From: an uncultured virus (IMG/VR IMGVR_UViG_3300049020_000051)
Taxonomy: Duplodnaviria > Heunggongvirae > Uroviricota > Caudoviricetes
Reading direction: 5' to 3' (one strand)
DNA length: 20,000 nt
Virus record (IMG/VR): IMGVR_UViG_3300049020_000051
Made by a program: the position numbers and the translations under genes. The number at the start of each line of letters is the position of its first letter. The stretch's first letter is position 1. The notes below the pieces were generated by a model. The model was given only the letters and a program-made list of their open reading frames with translations, searched no databases and was not told the origin of the DNA. Below are positions 7,835 through 15,086 of this stretch, piece by piece.

Positions 7835-8194
7835 ATGCAGCGGATTCTTGATCTTGACGGCGGTTGGCACGCCGGGCCGCTCTTCATTATCCAGAAGCTG
7901 CGCATCGTGCCGCCTCGTGGCTCGGGCGGCAAAGAGGTCTGGGCCAAGTACATCCGCGCCAGACCATCATGGGTCACAAACGCTGAGTGCAAAGCATTCT
8001 GGGAAGAGTCGCTTCGCATGACGGCCGAGACCGGTGTGCAGCACAGCGTTGATCACATCGTGCCGTTGATCCATCCGCTGGTGTGCGGGCTCCACTGTCC
8101 GGCCAATCTGCGGGTGATCCCGCTGGCCGACAACATCCGCAAGTCAAACAACTGGTGGCCCGACTGCCCCTTCGAACAACTGGAGCTGGTGTGA
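7835..8194 (+). CDS. HNH endonuclease
   Basis: HSVDHIVPL...VCGLHCPANLRVIPLADNIRKSN is a canonical phage HNH/HNN motif; 119 aa. Confidence 0.9.
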   Translation: MQRILDLDGGWHAGPLFIIQKLRIVPPRGSGGKEVWAKYIRARPSWVTNAECKAFWEESLRMTAETGVQHSVDHIVPLIHPLVCGLHCPANLRVIPLADNIRKSNNWWPDCPFEQLELV

Positions 8195-8535
8195 CCGCTG
8201 ACGCCGACCACCTTGACTGGGTACAGGAGCATGCAGGCTTTGCGATACAGGCCGGCTGGGATCTCGCGATGGGCCGTGCCAACGGACGAACCGGCTGGAC
8301 CCTTGCCGTCACTGATTGCGTGAGGCCCTCACCCTTCCAGCATCGCGCGGAGGTGTGGAGGTTCGTCATCATGCACGTTGACGAGCCGGCGTGCCGGGCC
8401 GCGCTCGCGTTCATCGCCGCGCACAACCCCGACCAGCTGGTCCGCACTTCACGTGCTTACGGCTGGGGTAAGCAGACGAAATCGGAGTGGCTCGACGAGC
8501 TGCTCGTGACGGCACATCTGCGGGTCACGCCCTGA
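8191..8535 (+). CDS. hypothetical phage protein
   Basis: GTGA overlap with HNH stop, GGAG RBS; 114 aa; last gene before att. Confidence 0.65.
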   Translation: MTADADHLDWVQEHAGFAIQAGWDLAMGRANGRTGWTLAVTDCVRPSPFQHRAEVWRFVIMHVDEPACRAALAFIAAHNPDQLVRTSRAYGWGKQTKSEWLDELLVTAHLRVTP

Positions 8536-8617
8536 TCAGTCGCAATCTAACCGACACACTCGCTGTCACACACCCGAGAGAACCCAATAACCATCGGCTC
8601 AAAACGTCGACACCACA

Positions 8618-8665
8618 ACCTTGACATGGTGGGGGTCGTTGGTTCGAATCCAATCGCGCCTACCA
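8618..8665 (+). other. attP core: 3' half of tRNA-Val(GAC), not a complete tRNA
   Basis: ACC-TTGACAT-GGTGG anticodon arm (GAC at 8623-8625), T-arm GTTGG-TTCGAAT-CCAAT, acceptor 3' strand CGCGCCT-A-CCA; no 5' acceptor strand or D-arm upstream. Confidence 0.88.
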
Positions 8666-8682
8666 AATACGGTAGGCAGGAC

Positions 8683-8717
8683 AAGGGGTTAGCAGAGATG
8701 CTGACCCCTTTGTTTTT
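8683..8717 (+). terminator. Rho-independent terminator
   Basis: 12-bp stem AAGGGGTTAGCA / TGCTGACCCCTT (one G-U), GAGA loop, followed by TGTTTTT. Confidence 0.85.
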
Positions 8718-8868
8718 GCGTCGATCTACCTGAGAACAGCGTAGAAAAGCCTGCGAACGGCTAACGCTGGCACATCTGCTGGCACACGGTGCCGCCTCAA
8801 ACTTTTGCTGTCCTGACAGCCGCGAACAGCCCCGTGGTCTGTTGCTTTTCTCTGCGCTAGCATCACGC

Positions 8869-9159
8869 ATGGCCGAAACGATCAAAGATCTCCGCGACAC
8901 CGCGCAACAGGCAAGCCCGCAGGAACTGCAAAACGCAACGACCGCTCAGCAGAGCAGCAAGCTCGACGACGTGGCCGGAATGTTGTGGGCCGGCGGCCTG
9001 GGTCTCCTCGCCGTGATCGTCCTGTGGCTCATCGCCCGCTCGCTGTTCAGGCGCTCGACCGTGAACAAGGTCGCTCATGGCGCCGGGCGCGCCGTCAAGA
9101 CGACCACTAGCACGTTGGCCGACATGCGCGACGCGTTCAACGAAGGCCGGCGCGGCTGA
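8869..9159 (+). CDS. small single-pass membrane protein
   Basis: ATG 8869 (alternative TTG 8842); hydrophobic MLWAGGLGLLAVIVLWLIA followed by basic RSLFRR; 96 aa. Confidence 0.7.
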   Translation: MAETIKDLRDTAQQASPQELQNATTAQQSSKLDDVAGMLWAGGLGLLAVIVLWLIARSLFRRSTVNKVAHGAGRAVKTTTSTLADMRDAFNEGRRG

Positions 9160-9312
9160 CTTCCAGCCACACATTCCGCTGGCTTGACCAAACCTCTATA
9201 CAGAAACACTCTCTCAGGTTTCTACCTACTATCTATATTTCTTCCAACTTTTCTAGATTGGAAGAATGGAAGTTAGTAAGTTGTATAGAGAGAAGAGCCT
9301 TCCAACCTTCCA
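9160..9312. promoter_or_regulatory. AT-rich element with nested inverted repeats and CTTCCA/TGGAAG iterons (candidate replication origin)
   Basis: 39 G+C in the 110 bp of 9191-9300; CTCTATACA/TGTATAGAG, AGAAAC/GTTTCT and TTCTTCCAA/TTGGAAGAA inverted repeats; six CTTCCA copies in both orientations. Confidence 0.5.
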
Positions 9313-9317
9313 GGACT

Positions 9318-12300
9318 TCACTCGGTCGGCCGCGACTCCGCCCCCTCGCCGCGAAGCGCGTTCGCGTACAGTGCGTTGGCCGGCATGCTCCTGAGCAGGA
9401 ATGGACTGAATTCTGAGCGGCCTCCGATGACGCGCACAGCGTCCCCCAGCTGCTCGAGCGTGGGGCCAGCCAGCGCGCCAACGCCACTACCGCCACGCTC
9501 GACACCCTTCAGCATGTCCGCGCCGAACTGGCCGACACCCAGCAGGCCGGCCCGCTCTACGCCGCTCTGCACGTAGTCCGACACCTCCCAGCTCTTTTTC
9601 CACTCGGGCTCCGCCTCCCCCTGCGGCGCGCCCTGCAACAGGCCCTTCGCCGCGTCGGCAGCGATCATGATCGGCACGTAGGAGGCCAGCGCAAAGGCCG
9701 GGCCGACGTTGCCGTGCGAGAGCTCGTGCGCCGCGCGCTTCAGGATCGTCTCCTGGAAGCTGAACGTGAACTGCTTCAGGTGGGAGATGAGCGCGAAGTG
9801 CGGGTCGCTCATCCAGATCGGCTTGTCGGCCGCGTCGGGCCGCAGCACGGCACCGTCCACCCAACGGTTGATGGCCACCTTCATCTTCGCCGCCTGCTCG
9901 GGTGTGAGGCCGTCGGCCTCCGTGACCAGCGCGCGGCCGTCAGTGCCGCGCTGGACTTCGCCGGGCTGCATGCCCAGCTCGGCCAGCCAGCGCGTGCTGT
10001 GCGTGCCGGCGCCGTCGGCGTGGCGGCTCAGGAAACCGATCGCCGCCTGTGTGGCCGCAACGCGCATGCTGCTGTTGTACTGCTCCATCAGGTTGAGCCT
10101 GAAGAACGTGTCGTTGAGCTTGCGGCCTGTCTCACCGACCATGCCTTGCGAGAACGACGTCCCAAGGGTGTGGACGAGCGCCGCGCTGTCGATGGTCCCA
10201 AGGGTAGCGGCGAGCTGCGTGGCCTCGTCGTGCGTGGCGTCTTTCTTGAAGCCCTTCGGGATCTCGGTGATGCCGCGCTTGAAGGCGGAGAACGCCTCGC
10301 CGACCGTGCCGCCACGGACAGCGATGCCACCCGCGTCGACCGCAGAGCTGAAGATGGCCAGGGGCAGCAGGCGCAGGTTCTGATAGACCATCACGTTGCC
10401 CTGCAGCCGGCGGAACTCTGGGCTGATCGTGTCGCCCAGCGTGCCGTCCACCGCGCGCATGTACTTCCGTGCGGTGTCGAGCTGCGCCGCGGAGGCGCCT
10501 TGCTGCTCGGCCTTGGTCAGCAGCTCGCCGAACTTCTGCCCTTCGTCGCCCAGCCGGCGCGCCCACTCAGCGCGCCGCGTCGCCTGGGTCATGTAGCTGT
10601 TGAGGGTCTCGTAGAGGTTCTTGTTCAGGAAGCGCGTCGCGTCGGCACCTTCGATGAAGGCCAGTTCGCGCGGCTTCAGGAACTGCATGCCCGGCCGGTC
10701 GGTCTCGATCGTGAACTCGTTGCCTTCGGAGGTCAGTAGGCGCTGCAGCAGTGCGTTCGGGTCGCCTTTGAACTGGCCACCCTTCACGTACTTGTCGAGC
10801 ATGCCTAGGAACTCTTGCTTGTGCGAGCTGATGTAGCTAACGTCCCAAACACGTGGGAAGTAGTCCTTCCCCACGCCTAGGTCGTTGACCTTCACGCCGG
10901 CCTCGGTCATGTAGGTGAAGGCTTCGTCGAGCGCCTTGCGGATCGTCTTCACGGCGCCGCGGGCAGCCAGCCGATCGTCCACGGAGCTGATGGCATTGAC
11001 CGCCTGCGACGTGTGGTCCTGCAGCACCTCCATCGCCGCGGTCAGGCCCTCTGGCCCCACGCCGGCCAGAGCCTCGCCCAGCCGGTTCATGCGGACAGCA
11101 CGCTCCTGCCGAGCGGCCGGGATGAAGCCCTGGTCCTCGCCCTGCTCGGTGCCCTGCCGCTTCACCAGGTCGGCCATCTCGCGCAGCGCCGGGATGCCGG
11201 TATCACGCAGGCGCTGATGGCCGGCTACGGCCAGCTGCTCGCCGAGGTTGGTCAGCGGCTGGGCCATGGCCTTCAGCTGCTCGACCGCCTTGTTCCGGCC
11301 AGGGCTCATGAGGTCGCTGTAGACCTTGTCACCGTCGGCCAGGTTCTTCTTGAACTCGCCGGAGTGGAAGTAGTCGATGACGTGCAGCGCACGCTGGTCG
11401 TTGCTCCAGATACCCAGCGCCGAGCGCACGAGCTCGGCCACGCGGCCGAAGAGCGTCTGTGCCGGCTGGCCCAGTCCGAGGTTCTCGCCCATCGAGTGGA
11501 ACTGGTACATATAGGCCGCGCGCTCCTCCGGGTCGTCGAGCTGGCGCAGCGCCTCGGGCTGGCCCTTCAGCAGCTCACGAAGCCGGAGCATGACCGTCGG
11601 GCTGCTGGCCGCGCGTTCCAGGATGCCAGCGACCTCGCCGTTCTGCTGATCGGTCAGCTTGGCGAAGAACGCGTGTACGGCCTCATGATGCGCAGCGCTC
11701 AACGGGTTCATGGCGTGGGCACTGATGCGGATCACGTCCTGCACACCGCCGCGCTGCAGCACCCGCTCGAACTCCGCGGCGTGCGGGATGTTGGCCGCCA
11801 CGTCGAGCTTCACGCTGTTGCCGAGCACCTGATTCACGTAGTCGAGCACATCGTTGAGCTGGCCCGGCTTGGCCGTGTTCCCCGGCTGCTGCAGGCTGTA
11901 CCGGCGAGTCAGCATGCCGTAGGCCGTGTCCGGATCGGCCACGAGCTCGCTGAGCCGCTTGTTGATCGTCTCGACCGCCTGCAGACTGTTCGGATCTTCG
12001 CCGCCCTCCAGCGCCTGCGCGGCGCGCTGGAGGCCCTTCGGGTCGGTGCTGGTCTTCAGCTGATCCAGCAGCGCCGCGTCACCAGAGTGGGCTTTCTCGA
12101 TCAGCGCCGCCTTTTTGGCGGCTACGGCTTTTGGGTCGGGGGGCACTCCCAGCAGCGACGGCGCGCGGGCGCCATCGCGCACCTCGCCGCCGTCGCTGTT
12201 GATCCCGCCCTTGGTCACCTGGTCCAGCGTCTTGCCGTCCTGGAACGTCGGGCCGAAGGGGTCGGGCTCCATGACGTTGGGGTCGGGGCTCGTGCGCTTC

Positions 12301-15086
12301 TGCAGCTCGGCGCTGTAGCGCTTGAGCTTCTCGGCTTGCAGCTCGGTGCGGGGGTCTGCTGGGTCAGCGCCGTCGAGCGCAGCCTCAGCGCTCTTGATAC
12401 CGGCCTTGAGCTGCTCGGTGCTCAGCTCGCCCAGGCCTTGCTCGTAGAGCTTCGCACGTGGGTCGTTGGCGCCGCGCATGTCGGTCTTCGGCTTCTTCGC
12501 TTCGCCCCAGGTCAGGCCGCTCTTGTTGATCACCGTCGAGTCCGGCACGTCGATCGCCTTGCCAGTGAACTCTTGCACCGCGGCCAAACCCTCCATGAAC
12601 GCCTTGGCATCGCGGTTGTTCCGCCCCACCAGCGTGGCGCCGTCGGTCTTCGTCCGCTCGGCGAACATCTCGGTCAGCTTCACCGCGTCGATCGGATGGC
12701 CCACGCCGTCAGCATTGATGCGACTGGCGCTGCGGCTGTAGGCCTTCGCGTCCAGCTTCGCGCCGGACAGTTCGTCGGCCGTCACGCTCAGTGGGTTGTT
12801 CGAGGTCTCGCGCACCACGGCGCCGTACTTGCCGATCTCCTGTGCGGCATAGGCCGCACCGTCCACGCCGGCAGCATCCCCGGCCGCCACCAGCTGCTTG
12901 AAGCGCTGCTGGGCCGCGGGGTGGTCGAGCGGCAGTTCATCGCCGAAGAGGGCGAAGCGCGCGCCAGGCGCTGTGGCTTGCGCCTTCTCCACAGCGCTCG
13001 TGGCGGCCGGCCGGAACCCGGACTTGCCCGGGTCGTCGCTGGGGTTCAGGTAGCCGGCGCCGTCCTTGCCCGAAGCCAGGGTGTTGAGCTTCGTGTCCGG
13101 GATGGCATCGCTCAGCTGCTCGCCGTCCTCCGAGCGCACGGTGTCGCTCTCCAGGGGCGGCTTGGTCCGCGCCTTCTCCAGCGCGTTCTCTTCGACCTTG
13201 GGCAGCAGCTTCTCGGCCGCCTCCAGCACCTTGTCGACCTTGTCGCCGAAGTAGCGCTGCAGCTCCTGGCGCACGCGCTTCTCGTAGAAGCGCGCCGCAT
13301 CGCTGGTCTGATCCTTCACTGCCGTACTGGCCCAACGCACGATGCCCGATGCGACGTCTTGCAGGGTTCGCTGGTCGACCGAGCCTGCACCGTCGACCAC
13401 GCTCTCGTCCATCGTCTTGAGCAGGTTGGTGTGGGCGTCCTGCGCCTCCAGCAGCGTGCTGGCAGACGCATAGAAGTTCTTCAGCTCGACCGGGTCCGTG
13501 ACGTTCATGGCCTGCCGGACGCGGTCCATGATGGTGGCCGTGTGGCCGCCCGTCACGTCGATCAGCGCCATGAGGCGGTCGATGCTCAGTGGCTTGCCGG
13601 CGACCATCTCGCCCAGCACACCGCGCAGCGGGGCGGCGAGACGTTCAGTCCCTCGGCGATCGGCCAGCTCGGGCAGGTTCTTCGCGACATACGGCTGCAG
13701 GCTGTCGACGATCGCCTTGTTCACGCCGGTGTAGTCGGCGGTCTGCTTGGCGCCGCCCTCGGGCTTCGTCTCACCGAAAGACCTGACGAAGCCGTCGATC
13801 CGAGCTCCGACGTTCTCGGCGGTCTGCCAGGCCGAGCGGGCCTTGGCCACGATGGCCTGGTTGGCCTTGTCGGTCAGGTCGGAGGCCGCGGCGCGCACCT
13901 CGGGGGTCAGGTACTGTTCCGGCAGCTCCTTCGCCCACTGAGTCACGGCGTTGTTGCGCAACACGCCGTCTTCGGCCACGGCTGAGCGCAGCGCGCCCTC
14001 GGTCTTGCCGGCGAAGCTGGAGGGGTCGAAGAACTCCTCGCCGCCGGCCACCCGCCCCACCGCCGCCCGGCCCTTGTCGGCCAGGGCGGAGAGACCCTCC
14101 ACGGCCTTGTCGGCGGCTGCGGCCACCGAGTCCTTGGCGACCCCCAGATCGACGCCCTGGGCGGCTTCCTGGGCCTTCCCGGCCGCGTCGGCCGCCTTCC
14201 CCCTGGCGCTACCGACGAAACTGCCCAGATCCGCGCCCTGGACGGTCTCCTTGGCCTTTCCGACCAGGCGCGAGGGGGTACCCCCCAGGCTGTGCGCCGC
14301 CTGCCCTGCAGCGCCCACACCACCGAACAGGGCGCCGCCGGCTGCTCCCTCGATCGCGGCATCGCCGGCGGCATCTAGGGAGAAACCCGCATTCGGGTTG
14401 GCCAGGTTGTCGGCCCCCTGGCGCACCAGCTCCGCTCCACCCTCGGCGACGGCATTAGCCGGGATGTCGGCCGCAGCACGGCCCACGATCTGCTTGGCCG
14501 TGGCAGCGCCGCCCTTGCCGGTCAGGCGCATCGCCACGCCGGCCGGGACGACGTTCTGCAGAGCCGCCGAGCCTACGGCGCCAGGCAGCGCTGCGGTGAG
14601 CCGCTCCGTGGGCGACAGGCCTGCCGCCACGGGGTCGGCGTCCTGGCGCTGCAGTTGGCCACCCAGCTCGAACGGCAGGGTGGCGGCCGTGCCAGCCACA
14701 AGGGCGGGGATGGCGGCACCGCCCGACAGCACGCCTGCACCCACCGCCGCGGCGCCCGTCGGCACCATCTGCCCCACCGTGCCGGCCGCCCATTGACCAG
14801 CATCGCGCACGCCACGGATGTCCTGGAAGCGGAGCAGGTTCTTGCCGGCCTCGGCCGCAGCGGCCTGATCCTCGGCTGCAGCGAGGTTGCGGCCCGAGCC
14901 GTCATAGCCTGCGGCGTCGAGCGCCACGCCGGCCACCTTGTTGAGCTGCCCGCGTGCCTGGAGCCCGCCCGAGCGCAGGCCCTCGCTGAAAGCGTCACCG
15001 GAGCCACGGTTCGCAGCAACAGCCGCTGCGAGCTCTTCATCTGAGGCGCGGGGGACCGCGCCGCGCAGATCGTTAACGGCCGTCAT
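9318..15086 (-). CDS. large internal virion (DNA ejection / polyvalent) protein with HExxH motif
   Basis: 1922 aa, last gene of the virion block; Gly/Ala hydrophobic N-terminal helices, central HEAVH motif, C-terminal YFPRVWD and LKQFTFSF segments typical of podoviral ejection proteins. Confidence 0.75.
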   Translation of the reverse strand: MTAVNDLRGAVPRASDEELAAAVAANRGSGDAFSEGLRSGGLQARGQLNKVAGVALDAAGYDGSGRNLAAAEDQAAAAEAGKNLLRFQDIRGVRDAGQWAAGTVGQMVPTGAAAVGAGVLSGGAAIPALVAGTAATLPFELGGQLQRQDADPVAAGLSPTERLTAALPGAVGSAALQNVVPAGVAMRLTGKGGAATAKQIVGRAAADIPANAVAEGGAELVRQGADNLANPNAGFSLDAAGDAAIEGAAGGALFGGVGAAGQAAHSLGGTPSRLVGKAKETVQGADLGSFVGSARGKAADAAGKAQEAAQGVDLGVAKDSVAAAADKAVEGLSALADKGRAAVGRVAGGEEFFDPSSFAGKTEGALRSAVAEDGVLRNNAVTQWAKELPEQYLTPEVRAAASDLTDKANQAIVAKARSAWQTAENVGARIDGFVRSFGETKPEGGAKQTADYTGVNKAIVDSLQPYVAKNLPELADRRGTERLAAPLRGVLGEMVAGKPLSIDRLMALIDVTGGHTATIMDRVRQAMNVTDPVELKNFYASASTLLEAQDAHTNLLKTMDESVVDGAGSVDQRTLQDVASGIVRWASTAVKDQTSDAARFYEKRVRQELQRYFGDKVDKVLEAAEKLLPKVEENALEKARTKPPLESDTVRSEDGEQLSDAIPDTKLNTLASGKDGAGYLNPSDDPGKSGFRPAATSAVEKAQATAPGARFALFGDELPLDHPAAQQRFKQLVAAGDAAGVDGAAYAAQEIGKYGAVVRETSNNPLSVTADELSGAKLDAKAYSRSASRINADGVGHPIDAVKLTEMFAERTKTDGATLVGRNNRDAKAFMEGLAAVQEFTGKAIDVPDSTVINKSGLTWGEAKKPKTDMRGANDPRAKLYEQGLGELSTEQLKAGIKSAEAALDGADPADPRTELQAEKLKRYSAELQKRTSPDPNVMEPDPFGPTFQDGKTLDQVTKGGINSDGGEVRDGARAPSLLGVPPDPKAVAAKKAALIEKAHSGDAALLDQLKTSTDPKGLQRAAQALEGGEDPNSLQAVETINKRLSELVADPDTAYGMLTRRYSLQQPGNTAKPGQLNDVLDYVNQVLGNSVKLDVAANIPHAAEFERVLQRGGVQDVIRISAHAMNPLSAAHHEAVHAFFAKLTDQQNGEVAGILERAASSPTVMLRLRELLKGQPEALRQLDDPEERAAYMYQFHSMGENLGLGQPAQTLFGRVAELVRSALGIWSNDQRALHVIDYFHSGEFKKNLADGDKVYSDLMSPGRNKAVEQLKAMAQPLTNLGEQLAVAGHQRLRDTGIPALREMADLVKRQGTEQGEDQGFIPAARQERAVRMNRLGEALAGVGPEGLTAAMEVLQDHTSQAVNAISSVDDRLAARGAVKTIRKALDEAFTYMTEAGVKVNDLGVGKDYFPRVWDVSYISSHKQEFLGMLDKYVKGGQFKGDPNALLQRLLTSEGNEFTIETDRPGMQFLKPRELAFIEGADATRFLNKNLYETLNSYMTQATRRAEWARRLGDEGQKFGELLTKAEQQGASAAQLDTARKYMRAVDGTLGDTISPEFRRLQGNVMVYQNLRLLPLAIFSSAVDAGGIAVRGGTVGEAFSAFKRGITEIPKGFKKDATHDEATQLAATLGTIDSAALVHTLGTSFSQGMVGETGRKLNDTFFRLNLMEQYNSSMRVAATQAAIGFLSRHADGAGTHSTRWLAELGMQPGEVQRGTDGRALVTEADGLTPEQAAKMKVAINRWVDGAVLRPDAADKPIWMSDPHFALISHLKQFTFSFQETILKRAAHELSHGNVGPAFALASYVPIMIAADAAKGLLQGAPQGEAEPEWKKSWEVSDYVQSGVERAGLLGVGQFGADMLKGVERGGSGVGALAGPTLEQLGDAVRVIGGRSEFSPFLLRSMPANALYANALRGEGAESRPTE

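Larger units (their letters stand above)
8511..8787. repeat. integrase arm-type binding sites (paired direct repeats, GNCACA core) flanking the att core
   Basis: GACACAC 8553 / GTCACAC 8565 and GGCACAT 8769 / GGCACAC 8781, each pair 12 bp apart; GGCACATCTGC is identical at 8511-8521 and 8769-8779. Confidence 0.7.

Noticed and set aside
8590..8665. Complete tRNA-Val gene
   Set aside because: No 5' acceptor strand (AGGCGCG) or D-arm upstream of 8618; only the 3' half is present, as expected for an att core.
9184..9212. Sigma70 promoter starting at TTGACC
   Set aside because: Poor -10 (CACTCT) at 17-bp spacing and no downstream + strand gene; cannot be supported, though an antisense RNA is not excluded.
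9233..9505. 90-aa - strand ORF running into the AT-rich element
   Set aside because: Mostly an alternative frame of the giant gene's 3' end; no RBS or protein-like features.
11013..13985. 990-aa + strand ORF
   Set aside because: Antisense shadow of the 1922-aa gene; high-GC codon bias removes stops, and the translation is an implausible L/V/R/G/H-rich sequence.
14274..14285. GGGGGTACCCCC perfect palindrome
   Set aside because: A single 12-bp GC-rich palindrome within coding sequence (Gly-Gly-Thr-Pro); plausibly chance.
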